The translations under genes were made by a program, and so were the position numbers. From positions 1 through 63,807 of the forward strand of contig JBGAOA010000018.1 of NCBI GenBank assembly GCA_044222065.1: a stretch of 63,807 nt of DNA, read 5' to 3'. Of this stretch, positions 29,904 through 38,952 are shown piece by piece; within the stretch, counting starts at the first letter, position 1, and the number at the start of each line of letters is the position of its first letter. Origin of the DNA: Candidatus Eiseniibacteriota bacterium. GTDB taxonomy: Bacteria > Eisenbacteria > RBG-16-71-46. Under the pieces are notes generated by a model. That model ran no database searches. It saw only the letters and a list, made by a program, of their open reading frames with translations, and was not told the origin of the DNA.

Positions 29904-31264
29904 GTTGCGATCCTCAGTTCGCGCGCGCGGCGCAGCGCGGACTTCGACACCTGCATGAACTGGGCGAGCGGCCGGCCGGCCGGGCAGACGAACGAGCACG
30001 AACCGCACTCGTAGCAGTCGAGCGGCCCGAAGCGTTCGGTGTCGAGCGTGCGGCCGACCTCGACGCGCAGCGACACCTGATCGGGCTCGAGCCCGAGCGG
30101 GCACGCGTCGAGGCAGCGCCCGCACGCGATGCACGGCCCGAAGCCCTCTTCGAGCGGTCCGCGCCCGGTGAGCAGCACGAGGCCGTTCATGCCCTTCACG
30201 ACCGGCAGGTCGAGGCGCGGCAGCGTGCGGCCCATCATCGGCCCGCCGGCCACGATGCGCGTCGTCTCGTCCTTCGTGCCGCCGCACGCCGCGACGACGT
30301 GCGAGAGCAGCGTGCCGATCGGCACGCGCAGGTTGCGCGGCGTCGCGATGCCCGGCCCCGTGACCGTGAAGATGCGGTCGAGGAGCGGCTTCTGGAAGCG
30401 CAGCGCCTCGTACACCGCGACCGCGGTCGCGACGTTCTGCACGACGACGCCGACCGCGAACGGCAGCTGGCGCGGCGGAATGACGCGGCCCGTGAGTGAT
30501 TCGACGAGCTGCTTCTCGGCGCCCTGCGGATAGCGCACCTGGCACGGCACGACTTCGAACGTCATCCCGTCGCGCACGGCGTCCTTCCCGGCGGCGACGA
30601 GCGCGGGGATCGCGTCGAGCTTGTCGGCCTCGAGACCGAGCAGCACGCGCTTCACGCCGACGAGGCGCGCCATCGCGAGCGAGCCCTCCACGACCTCGCG
30701 CGGGTGCGCGAGCATCGTGCGGTAGTCGGACGTGAGGTAGGGCTCGCACTCGGCGCCGTTGACGACGAACGTGTCCACCTTCGCGCTCGGCGGCAGCCGC
30801 AGCTTGCGATAGGTCGGGAACGCCGCGCCGCCGAGGCCGACGATGCCGGCCTCCTTGATGCGCGCGAGCGACTCGTCGAGCGACAGCGAACGCCAGTCGG
30901 GGTCCTCGGGGAACTCGAGCGGCTCGAGGTCGGGCTGCGCCTGGATCACGATGCTCTGCGCCGTGACGAGCGTCGGGTGCGGGCGCTTGTCGAGCGGGCG
31001 CACCTTGCCCGAGATCGTGGCGTGGATCGGCGCGCCGGTCTCGCCGCCTTCGGCGATCTTCTGGCCGCGCCGCACGACGTCGTTCTTCGCGACGATCGGC
31101 GTCGCGGGCTCGCCGAGGTGCTGCGCGAGCGGCAGCCACACTTCGCCCGGCGGCGGGACGTCCTCGATGGCCTTCCCCGCCGCGAGTTCCTTGTGGGACT
31201 CGGGGTGGATGCCGCCGCGGGAAAACGTGCGGAGGCTCGCGCGCTCGCCGCTCATCGCGCTCAT
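29900..31264 (-). CDS. rnfC: Rnf complex subunit C (NADH-binding, 4Fe-4S)
   Basis: ATG at 31264 overlaps the apbE TGA (ATGA). Motifs: GLGGAAFPT, FVVNGAECEPYLTSD, and two CxxCxxCxxxCP motifs. 454 aa. Confidence 0.9.
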   Translation of the reverse strand: MSAMSGERASLRTFSRGGIHPESHKELAAGKAIEDVPPPGEVWLPLAQHLGEPATPIVAKNDVVRRGQKIAEGGETGAPIHATISGKVRPLDKRPHPTLVTAQSIVIQAQPDLEPLEFPEDPDWRSLSLDESLARIKEAGIVGLGGAAFPTYRKLRLPPSAKVDTFVVNGAECEPYLTSDYRTMLAHPREVVEGSLAMARLVGVKRVLLGLEADKLDAIPALVAAGKDAVRDGMTFEVVPCQVRYPQGAEKQLVESLTGRVIPPRQLPFAVGVVVQNVATAVAVYEALRFQKPLLDRIFTVTGPGIATPRNLRVPIGTLLSHVVAACGGTKDETTRIVAGGPMMGRTLPRLDLPVVKGMNGLVLLTGRGPLEEGFGPCIACGRCLDACPLGLEPDQVSLRVEVGRTLDTERFGPLDCYECGSCSFVCPAGRPLAQFMQVSKSALRRARELRIAT

Positions 31265-32280
31265 CCGACGAAGTGCGTTTCGAGCGCGCCCGGCCAGCCG
31301 CGGAAGCGGTCCGGGCCGAGCAGGAACGACACCGTGGACATCACGTCGGACTCGACGCCCGTGCGCGCGACGACGCTCGCGCTCAGGTGACCGTTCGCGG
31401 GCACGCCGCGCCGCGCGTCGAACAGGTGGCCGAGCGTGAGCGCGCCGAGCGCGTGCGTCTGCTCGCTGTTGCCGCTCGTCGCGACCGCGCGATCGTTCAG
31501 CACGAACACGTGGTCGAGCGCGCCGGTCGCGGGATGGAACACGCCGACCGACCAGCCCGGTGCGCCGTCGTCGGGCGCGCCGAGGCCGTACACGTTCCCG
31601 CCGATGTCCACGAGCGCGGAGCGCACGCCCTCGGCGCGCAGCGCGTCCACCGCGCGGTCGAGCGCCCAGCCCTTGCCGATCGAGCCGAGGTCGAAGCCGG
31701 CGCGCTCGCGCATGAGGCCGAGCGTGCCGGCGGCGCGGTCGGCCGCGACGTAGCGCGTGCCCATGCACGCGAGCGCTTCGTCCACCTCACGAGCGTTCGG
31801 CGCCGCGCCGCGGGCGGCGCCGTAGAAGCCGTACGCCCGCATGAGCGGGAGGAGCGTCGGGTCGTACACGCCGTTCGACCGCTCCGACGCCGCGCACGCG
31901 AGCGACACCACCTCGATCACCGCATCGTCCACCCGTGTCGCCCGCGCACCCGCCGCCGCGTTCACCCGCGCGAGTTCGCTGTCCGCGCGGTGCACGCTCA
32001 TCTGAGCGTCCACCGCGCGCACCGCGGCGAACGCACGCTCCAGCGCGCGCGCCGCGCGCGCGCGCTCCGCCACCACCACCACCCGCATCCTCGTTCCGAG
32101 CGCCGGCCGGCTCGCCTCGAGCCTCTCGGGCCGGCGCTCGCGCACCTGCCTGTGCACGAGCGGGGCGAGCGCCCCTGCGCCCGCGAGCAATCCCAGACCG
32201 GCGAGGAAACGGCGGCGCGAGAGCGGCCCCGCTTCCGAAGTCCAATGCCAGAGCCCACCCCGCGGTCCCGTTCCGGGCAT
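31261..32280 (-). CDS. apbE: FAD:protein FMN transferase (flavin transferase for RnfG/RnfD maturation)
   Basis: ATG at 32280 is preceded by GGGGGA. A Tat-type signal SRRRFLAGLGLLAGAGALA is present. ApbE-like core: DLGSIGKGWALD. 339 aa. Confidence 0.85.
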   Translation of the reverse strand: MPGTGPRGGLWHWTSEAGPLSRRRFLAGLGLLAGAGALAPLVHRQVRERRPERLEASRPALGTRMRVVVVAERARAARALERAFAAVRAVDAQMSVHRADSELARVNAAAGARATRVDDAVIEVVSLACAASERSNGVYDPTLLPLMRAYGFYGAARGAAPNAREVDEALACMGTRYVAADRAAGTLGLMRERAGFDLGSIGKGWALDRAVDALRAEGVRSALVDIGGNVYGLGAPDDGAPGWSVGVFHPATGALDHVFVLNDRAVATSGNSEQTHALGALTLGHLFDARRGVPANGHLSASVVARTGVESDVMSTVSFLLGPDRFRGWPGALETHFVG

Positions 32281-32352
32281 CCTCGATCCCCCATGCGGCG
32301 ACGCGTGTTTCATCGAGGGTCGCCGCGCCCTCGCACTGCCCGGGGCCGATTG

Positions 32353-32369
32353 CTTGCATAAGTAATGCA
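32353..32369. promoter_or_regulatory. AT-rich inverted repeat TTGCAT-AAGTA-ATGCAA in the divergent apbE/ferredoxin intergenic region; candidate operator. A weak sigma-54-like GG-N10-GC (TTGCA) match sits on the plus strand.
   Basis: Read directly. It is the only AT-rich 17-mer in a ~70% GC context. Upstream GGGCCGATTGCTTGCA has the GG/GC spacing of -24/-12 elements (3/7 + 5/5 match). Confidence 0.3.
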
Positions 32370-32432
32370 AGCGAACGCCGGCGTGCTGTCCGGCAACGGC
32401 GAACCCAAGGACTCAGTGAGGAGGAGGGGAAG

Positions 32433-32639
32433 ATGGCGAAGGTGCCCGAGTTCTATGTGGATGGCGACCTGTGCACGGAGTGCGGCGACTGCATCAAGGC
32501 GCTGCCGATGGCCTTCCGAAAGGTCGACGGTGAAGAGGTCGCAGAGGTCTTCAACACCGAGATCAACGAAACCCTCCTGCCAAAACTGCAGCAACAAATG
32601 ACGGATTGTCCTGGGCACGCGATCCTGTGGAAGAAATGA
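32433..32639 (+). CDS. Small single-cluster ferredoxin
   Basis: 68 aa. The RBS is GAGGAGGGGAAG. Motif CTECGDC...DCPGHAI (CxxCxxC...CP). It sits immediately upstream of the OFOR genes. Confidence 0.6.
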   Translation: MAKVPEFYVDGDLCTECGDCIKALPMAFRKVDGEEVAEVFNTEINETLLPKLQQQMTDCPGHAILWKK

Positions 32640-32646
32640 GGAAGCC

Positions 32647-33624
32647 GTGGATCCCATCGACCCTCGTGGTCTGCTGAAAAACTCCGCGCTGGAGCTGCGC
32701 GGGGACGGCAAGGCGGGCGGCGGGCTCGTGCTCGCCTTCCAGAGTCTTGCGAACCTGTTCCTGCGCGATCCCGAGACGCACGTGCAGGAGTGGCCGTTCT
32801 TCAGCTCGGCGCGCCGGGGAGCGAACATCCGCTCGTTCCTGCGCGCGAGCCGCCAGGCCGTGCGGCCGGCGTGCGAAGTGTCTCGTCCGAGCGTCTCGCT
32901 GCTGATGGACGAAGTCGCCTCGCAGTCGGTGGACTTCGCGCAGGGCGTTCCGGCCGGCGGCACGTTCGTGCTGAACACGCGCCGCAGTCCCGAAGAGTGC
33001 GCGAAGCACTTCCACCTCTCGGGCCGCGTGTTCACGATCCCGGGCGACGACATCGGGATGAAGCACCTGAAGGCGCCAATCGGAAACGTCGCGACGTACG
33101 TCGCGATGGCCGAGGCGATCGGCGGGTTCGAGCGTGAGGACGTGTGCGACGCGTTCCTCAAGATGCTCAAGAAGCGCCACGTTCCGGATGCCGTGTTGCA
33201 GCGCAACACCGCGGCGCTCGACGCCGCGTTCGGCGCCGTGAAGCACGGCGTGTACGACTGCGCCGGACCCGGCGATCACCTGCCGGTGCCGTTCTCGGGC
33301 TACGGCGCGCTGCCGGTCGGCGCGCAGACCGCGCTCCGGCTCTCCGAGGTCAATCGCACGGCGAACTTCGCGCCGAGCGGCTTCCGGCTGCGGTTCGAGG
33401 ATCCGAACGACGCGTGCACGGGATGCGCGCACTGCATCACGAACTGCCCCGAAGGCATCATCCGGTTCGTGCCGAACGCCGAGACCTCGCTGAAGGTCAC
33501 CGGCGCGGACGTCAACCAGTTCTGCAAGCTCTGCCAGGAGTGCATCGCGGTCTGTCCCGAGAAGCTGTTCAGCTCGGCGCCGTTCGAGGAGCACTGGGCG
33601 GAAGAGGAGCAACACGCGTCATGA
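32647..33624 (+). CDS. 2-oxoacid:ferredoxin oxidoreductase gamma subunit fused to delta (2x[4Fe-4S]) subunit
   Basis: The gamma pattern is ELRGDGKAGGGLVLAF...FFSSARRGANIRSFLRAS. The C-terminal part has CTGCAHCITNCP and CKLCQECIAVCP. The GTG start follows GAGGA. Confidence 0.85.
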   Translation: MDPIDPRGLLKNSALELRGDGKAGGGLVLAFQSLANLFLRDPETHVQEWPFFSSARRGANIRSFLRASRQAVRPACEVSRPSVSLLMDEVASQSVDFAQGVPAGGTFVLNTRRSPEECAKHFHLSGRVFTIPGDDIGMKHLKAPIGNVATYVAMAEAIGGFEREDVCDAFLKMLKKRHVPDAVLQRNTAALDAAFGAVKHGVYDCAGPGDHLPVPFSGYGALPVGAQTALRLSEVNRTANFAPSGFRLRFEDPNDACTGCAHCITNCPEGIIRFVPNAETSLKVTGADVNQFCKLCQECIAVCPEKLFSSAPFEEHWAEEEQHAS

Positions 33625-34955
33625 GCGCACCCTCCGGCACGAAGTTCCCGATGCCTCACGTGTCGACGCCCTCGGGCGAGCGATACGACGGCGCGATCGA
33701 CCTCGAGAAGGTGCGGGCCGCGCACCATCCCGTGTACGAGTCGCGCGAGACGATCACGGCCGACGGCAACACCGCCGCCGCGATCGCGACGCTGCAGATG
33801 TGGCGCTGCGTGATCTACCCCGGCTTCCCGATCACGCCGTCCACGAAGTGGATCGAGACGGTCGCGGCGAAGGTCGCGTCCGATCCCACGACCACGAAGC
33901 GCGTGAAACTGCTCGAGGCCGAGCACGCGGTCGCGGACTACATGGTGGCGGCGGGCGCCGCCTGTCGCGACCTGATCTTCCCCACCGCGACGAGCTCGGT
34001 GGGCCTCGACCACATGACCGAGACGACGCGCTCGCTGGGCGCTTCGGGACTCGGAAACGTGATGATCATCAACGTGTATCGCGCGACCGCGAACTTCCCG
34101 CTGTGCATCGAGGGCGATCCGTCCGACGCGCTCGCGCACCGCGACGACGGGTTCATCCAGATCTGCGCGCGCGGCAAGCAGCAGATCTACGACACGGTGA
34201 TCCAGGCGCCCTGCCTCGGCATGCATCCCGAGGTGATGACGCCGACGATGCCCGGCTACTACGGCATCAAGGACAGCCACCGGAACGCGCGGCTGCGCGT
34301 CGAGCCCGACGAGGAGATCACGAAGTTCCACGACCGCTGGATCCGCCCGTGCGCGCTGCCCGGCCTGCTGAACGGTGACACCGCGCTCGGCAACTGCGTC
34401 ACGTCGCGGCATTTCCAGGGCTTCAAGATCTCGCAGAAGCAGCGCTTCGAGCGCGTGTTCGACGTGCTGCCCCGCATCGGCGCCGACTTCGAGAACCACT
34501 TCGGCCGCCCGGGTCTCGCGTTCTTCGACTCGGTCGGATTCGCGGCCGACGGACAGGCCGACATCGCGGTCGTCGGCATGGGCCCCGACTTCGGAACGTT
34601 CGACGCGAACCGCGAGTCGTGGGCGGCGCGCTGGGGCTTGGGGCTGGGCGGCATCGCGATGCGGCTGCTGACGCCGTTCCCGCGTGAGGCCGTGAAGCAG
34701 CGGCTCAAGCACGCGAAGGTCGTGCTCGTCGTCAACCAGGCGCACCACATGGGACGCGGCCACCTGACGCTCGACGTCGTGGACGCGCTCTCGGACCTCC
34801 CGAACCCGCCGAAGGTCGTCAGCGCGTTCGCCGGCCTCGGCGGCGCCGACGTCAGCGAGGCGACGTGGGAGAAGATGCTCCTCATGGCGCGCACCGCGCT
34901 CGAGGGCGGCAACGTTCCGCCGTACGCGTTCTTCCACGAAGGAGCGGCCCTATGA
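33621..34955 (+). CDS. 2-oxoacid:ferredoxin oxidoreductase alpha subunit (Por/Vor type)
   Basis: 444 aa. ATGA overlap with the upstream stop. Sequence YPGFPITPSTKW is present. Confidence 0.9.
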   Translation: MSAPSGTKFPMPHVSTPSGERYDGAIDLEKVRAAHHPVYESRETITADGNTAAAIATLQMWRCVIYPGFPITPSTKWIETVAAKVASDPTTTKRVKLLEAEHAVADYMVAAGAACRDLIFPTATSSVGLDHMTETTRSLGASGLGNVMIINVYRATANFPLCIEGDPSDALAHRDDGFIQICARGKQQIYDTVIQAPCLGMHPEVMTPTMPGYYGIKDSHRNARLRVEPDEEITKFHDRWIRPCALPGLLNGDTALGNCVTSRHFQGFKISQKQRFERVFDVLPRIGADFENHFGRPGLAFFDSVGFAADGQADIAVVGMGPDFGTFDANRESWAARWGLGLGGIAMRLLTPFPREAVKQRLKHAKVVLVVNQAHHMGRGHLTLDVVDALSDLPNPPKVVSAFAGLGGADVSEATWEKMLLMARTALEGGNVPPYAFFHEGAAL

Positions 34956-35965
34956 GCGGCTACAAGGAAATCGCGACCCGCGAGAGCTGCTTCCGGCCCG
35001 GCTCGACGCTGTGCCCGGGCTGCATGGAGGCGATCGCGTTCCAGAACGTCGGGCGCGTGTCGGACAACGGCGTGAAGACCGTGTTCACGATCGGCACGTC
35101 GTGCGCCGAGGTGTCGTCGCTGTTCTTCCCGAACGTCGTGGCGTGGGGACGCGGCGACGCGCCCCCGGACGACTTCACGAAGAGCTTCTCGATCCTGCAC
35201 AACGTGTTCGAATCCGCACCGACGCTCGCGGAAGCCGTGCGCGACGTCGCCGACGTGCTCACCGAACAGGGGGCGCTCCAGCACCCCGTGCAGGTGATCT
35301 CGTCGAGCGGCGACGGCGGCGCCCTCGCGATCGGTCTGCGCGCGCTGCTGCACACGATCCACCGCCGCGCGCGCGTCACGCTCATGGTGCTCGTGAACGA
35401 GATCTTCGCGAACACCGGCTTCCAGTACAGCCCGGCGACGACGCCATTCGCCGACACGAGCACGACGCCGAACGGGCCCGGGCATCCGGGCAACGTGCAG
35501 CCGCCGCTCGATTACATCCACCTGTGCATCGCCGCGGGCGCGGGGATGGTCGCGCAGATCAGCCCGGCGCACGGCAAGATGTTCGTGAAGACGTGGGAGC
35601 GCGCGCTCGAGGCCGAGGGCACGGCGGTGATCTTCGTGCCCGCGCCGTGCATCAGCGGCTGGAAGTTCGAGGACGGCGAGACCGTCCGGCTCGCGACGCT
35701 CGGCGCCCAGACGGGCGTGTTCCCCGTGTTCGTGTGGGAGAAGGGCAAGGGCGGCTCGGTGAAGGACTGTTCGCTCACCGAGAGCGAGCGCCCGGCGGTC
35801 GAGGAGTTCCTCGGCATCCAGCGCCGCTTCCACCACATGGTGCAGAAGGACCCGGCGACGGGTCGCTTCGCGCCCCGACCGGGACGCGAGGAGGACGTCG
35901 CGAAGCTCAAGGGCTGGGTGCAGTCGAACGTCGAGCGGCTCTACAAGCTCGCCGAGCTCAAGTAG
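34952..35965 (+). CDS. 2-oxoacid:ferredoxin oxidoreductase beta subunit (TPP-binding)
   Basis: 337 aa. ATGA overlap. Motifs: CPGCMEAIA and GDGGALAIG. Confidence 0.9.
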   Translation: MSGYKEIATRESCFRPGSTLCPGCMEAIAFQNVGRVSDNGVKTVFTIGTSCAEVSSLFFPNVVAWGRGDAPPDDFTKSFSILHNVFESAPTLAEAVRDVADVLTEQGALQHPVQVISSSGDGGALAIGLRALLHTIHRRARVTLMVLVNEIFANTGFQYSPATTPFADTSTTPNGPGHPGNVQPPLDYIHLCIAAGAGMVAQISPAHGKMFVKTWERALEAEGTAVIFVPAPCISGWKFEDGETVRLATLGAQTGVFPVFVWEKGKGGSVKDCSLTESERPAVEEFLGIQRRFHHMVQKDPATGRFAPRPGREEDVAKLKGWVQSNVERLYKLAELK

Positions 35966-35983
35966 TCGGATCCGCTTCGAACT

Positions 35984-36023
35984 CCGGGCCGCGTCCGCGA
36001 GGGCGCGGCCCGGAAGCGTTTTC
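35984..36023 (+). terminator. Terminator candidate: CCGGGCCGCG-loop-CGCGGCCCGG followed by GCGTTTTC
   Basis: Perfect 10-bp stem with a short T-tract, 19 nt downstream of the OFOR beta stop. Confidence 0.45.
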
Positions 36024-36194
36024 ATCGAAATTACCGGTGGGCACCCGTGCTTTTTCGCGCGCTCGAACGTTCTCATGGGCGTCCACACGCCGCGTTCGTC
36101 GAAGAAACCCCTTCCACCCCGGCGCTCACGGCACTAGCGTGGCGGCTCCTTCGGCGTTTCGAGCCGCAGCCCGACCGGCCCACAGGAGAGTTTC

Positions 36195-36371
36195 ATGCGT
36201 TCCCGTGCTTCACAGATTCGATTCGCCCCGGCTCCCTCGGCGCTCGCGAGCGCCCAGAAGCGCACCCGTGCGGTCGGCCGCCGCAACGGCCGCATGACCC
36301 TGATCGCGGTGATCGGCATGATGGTCGTGCTCGCGATCGCGTGCATTGAGCTGGTGATCGCCGCGCGCTGA
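36195..36371 (+). CDS. Small hypothetical protein (58 aa) with basic N-terminus and C-terminal TM helix
   Basis: Not in the ORF track (below the length cutoff). ATG at 36195 is preceded by AGGAGAG. Sequence MRSRASQIRF...RRNGRMTLIAVIGMMVVLAIACIELVIAAR. A perfect hairpin follows at 36397-36420. Confidence 0.35.
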   Translation: MRSRASQIRFAPAPSALASAQKRTRAVGRRNGRMTLIAVIGMMVVLAIACIELVIAAR

Positions 36372-36396
36372 TTCCGGACGCCCGGGCGAAACGAAC

Positions 36397-36420
36397 GAGG
36401 GGTCGCGCGAGCGACCCCTC
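36397..36420. terminator. Perfect 10-bp hairpin GAGGGGTCGC-gcga-GCGACCCCTC between convergent genes
   Basis: Read directly. Confidence 0.35.
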
Positions 36421-36460
36421 CGGCGTTTCGGGTGGAGGGCGCGGCCTCCCGCGCCGCGCC

Positions 36461-37570
36461 TCAATCCCCGAAGCAGATCCCGAGGTCGCGCGCGGTCTCG
36501 ATCGTGTCGCTCTCGAGCGGCACCATCTTCATGCGCTTGACCGCTTCGCGCAGCGGCTCGTAGCGCACGACCGGCGGCTGGAGCGACACCATCACCGACG
36601 ACTGCCCTTCGTCGAGCGCGCGCACGGCGGCGGCGCCGAAGCGCAGCGCGACGAGCCGGTCGAAGCTCGTGGGCGAACCGCCGCGCAACAAGTGGCCGAG
36701 CACGACCGTGCGCGCCTCCTTGCCCGTGCGCGCCTCCAGCTCGCGCGCGACGCGGTCGCCCGCGCCGCCGAGCTTCTCGGCCTGCCCGATCGCCTTGCCC
36801 TGCACCGACAGCTCGCCGCCCGCAGGTCTGGCGCCCTCGGCGACGACCACGATCGTGCTGCGGCGTCCGGAGCGTTCGCGCTCGTTCACGAACTCCGCGA
36901 CCTTCGCGATGTCGTACGGCACCTCGGGGATCAGGATCACGTCGGCGTTCCCCGCGATGCCCGCGTGCACCGCGATCCAGCCGGCGTAACGCCCCATCAC
37001 CTCGACCACCATGACGCGCCGGTGCGACGTCGCCGTCGTGTGCAGGCGGTCGATGCAGTCGGTCGCGAACGACACCGCGGTGTCGAAGCCGAACGTCATG
37101 AACGTGCGGTCCAAGTCGTTGTCGATCGTCTTCGGCACGCCGACGACGCGCAGTCCCTTCTGCGCGAGCGTGTGCCCGATCGAGAGCGAGCCGTCGCCGC
37201 CGACCGTGATGAGCGCGTCGAAGCCGCGCGCGTTGAAGCGCTCGACCAGCTCGTCGGTGCGGTCCACCTCGAGCCACGAGCCGTCGGGCTGGCGGATCGG
37301 GAACTTCTGCGGGTTCCCGCGATTCGTGGTGCCGAGGATCGTGCCGCCGAGGTGACCGATGCCCGCGACCACCTCGCCCGTGAGGGTGATCACGCCGCCG
37401 TCCGCGAACGACTCGGCGTCGAGCAGGCCGTTGTAGCCGTCACGAATGCCGTACACCTCCCAGCCGCGCTGGATCGCGGCGAGCGTGACGGCGTGAATGA
37501 CGGCGTTCAGTCCCGGCGCGTCGCCGCCGCCGGTGCTGATCGCGATCTTGCGAATTCGAGTGATGGCCAT
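36461..37570 (-). CDS. pfkA: ATP-dependent 6-phosphofructokinase (PfkA family)
   Basis: 369 aa. Motifs: GGGDAPGLNAVIH, TVGGDGSLSIG, PKTIDNDL. Start MAITRIRKIAIS. Confidence 0.9.
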   Translation of the reverse strand: MAITRIRKIAISTGGGDAPGLNAVIHAVTLAAIQRGWEVYGIRDGYNGLLDAESFADGGVITLTGEVVAGIGHLGGTILGTTNRGNPQKFPIRQPDGSWLEVDRTDELVERFNARGFDALITVGGDGSLSIGHTLAQKGLRVVGVPKTIDNDLDRTFMTFGFDTAVSFATDCIDRLHTTATSHRRVMVVEVMGRYAGWIAVHAGIAGNADVILIPEVPYDIAKVAEFVNERERSGRRSTIVVVAEGARPAGGELSVQGKAIGQAEKLGGAGDRVARELEARTGKEARTVVLGHLLRGGSPTSFDRLVALRFGAAAVRALDEGQSSVMVSLQPPVVRYEPLREAVKRMKMVPLESDTIETARDLGICFGD

Positions 37571-37689
37571 CCGTGGCGAGGGAAGGTGGCGCGCACGGGA
37601 CGTGGCGCCCACCTCGCATTGCCCGGTATCGGCCGCGGCGCGCGGAAATGTAGCGTCGCGCGCGCCGGACGCCGCTGGCGCGGCCGCCG

Positions 37690-38952
37690 TCAGCCCTGAA
37701 CGGCCGCGTTCGCTGCGACTTTGGGGCGGAACAGCGCCACGAGCGCGAGGAACGCGAACGCGCCCACGACGCACAGCGCGGCCTCGGCGAACAGCATGCC
37801 GCCCGCGCCCCACCGGTCGTGCGCCCAGCCGTCCACGTTCGTCATGTAGTAGATGGGCATGTTCGAGACCGACGCGTACACGCTGTACTTGGTCGCCGCC
37901 GCGCCCTTGCCGATCGCCTCGAGCACGAACGCCGTGAAGCCCGCGTACGTGAGCCCGGTGATGAACGCGTACACGCTCGCCCACACGATGAACATCGCCT
38001 CGGTGCGCGGCATCAGAGCCATCGCGACGGCGCACGCGGCCTGCAGCAGGCCGTAGACGACGTACGCCCACTTGCGGTCCATGCGGTCGCAGATCCAGCC
38101 GCCCACGATGCAGCCCGCGGCCGAGATCACGCCCGCGAGGAGTCCCGTGACGAGCGCGATCGAATCGGCCGACGCGCTCCAGTCCTTCCCGACCGTCGCC
38201 CACAGGCCGCTCGCGGCGCCGGAGCCCACGGGCAGAAGGCACAGGATGAGCGCGATCAGTCCCGCGCGCGCCTTGATCACGGTCCACAGGTCCATCACCG
38301 ACTGCAAGAGCCCCGGGAAGAGTTCGCGCAGGCCGCGCGACCGCTCGGTGCTCGTCACGCCCCACAGCGCGAGGCAGCAGAGCAGGCACAGCCCGCCGAC
38401 GATCGTGCTCGTCATCCACGACGCCGGCAGCCGCTGGCTCAGCCACAGGCCGATGCCCGCGCCGAGCCCCGTGCCACCGAGGTTGCCCGCCTGGAACCAG
38501 CCGCCGGCGCGGCCCTTCAGTTCCTCCGGCGTGCCGTGCGCCATCAACCGTTCGACCGACATGCCGAGGAACGTCGTCGCGAGGCTGCCGACGAACACCG
38601 CGGTCGTCAGTGCCGCAAGCCCCGCCTTCGTGGTCGGGAACCAGCCAAGCACCATGATGCCGATCGCGCTCAGCACGCCCGCGATCAGGTACCAGCGCTT
38701 CGCCGTGAGCGTCGAGTCCACGACCGGCGCCCAGAAGAACTTGAACGTGTGCGGCGCCACGTTGAGCGCGACGATCGCCGCGATCTGCAGCACCGGCACA
38801 CCCGCCTCGCGCAGCAGGTAGCCGATCGGCCCAGTGACGTAACCGGACTGAACGCCGAACGGGATGATCAGCACCATGAACACCCATGGGTGCACGTGGT
38901 GTTCGTGGTGCGCGTGCGGAGCGGGCGCGGCGCCGGCCGCGGCCTCAGCCAC
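37690..38952 (-). CDS. MFS-type transporter
   Basis: 420 aa with ~12 predicted TM helices. The N-terminus is His-rich. Confidence 0.7.
   Translation of the reverse strand: MAEAAAGAAPAPHAHHEHHVHPWVFMVLIIPFGVQSGYVTGPIGYLLREAGVPVLQIAAIVALNVAPHTFKFFWAPVVDSTLTAKRWYLIAGVLSAIGIMVLGWFPTTKAGLAALTTAVFVGSLATTFLGMSVERLMAHGTPEELKGRAGGWFQAGNLGGTGLGAGIGLWLSQRLPASWMTSTIVGGLCLLCCLALWGVTSTERSRGLRELFPGLLQSVMDLWTVIKARAGLIALILCLLPVGSGAASGLWATVGKDWSASADSIALVTGLLAGVISAAGCIVGGWICDRMDRKWAYVVYGLLQAACAVAMALMPRTEAMFIVWASVYAFITGLTYAGFTAFVLEAIGKGAAATKYSVYASVSNMPIYYMTNVDGWAHDRWGAGGMLFAEAALCVVGAFAFLALVALFRPKVAANAAVQG

Noticed and set aside
32636-32649. In-line ATG at 32636 as start of the OFOR gamma-delta gene
   Set aside because: It is in a different frame from the gamma-subunit homology and overlaps the ferredoxin stop. 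The GTG at 32647 preceded by GAGGA is in the correct frame.
36461-38887. 808-aa minus ORF joining pfkA to sequence overlapping the MFS transporter gene
   Set aside because: PfkA begins at MAITRIRK (37570), the position where PFK homology begins. Upstream in-frame residues are Arg/Gly-rich and overlap the MFS gene, which is in another frame.
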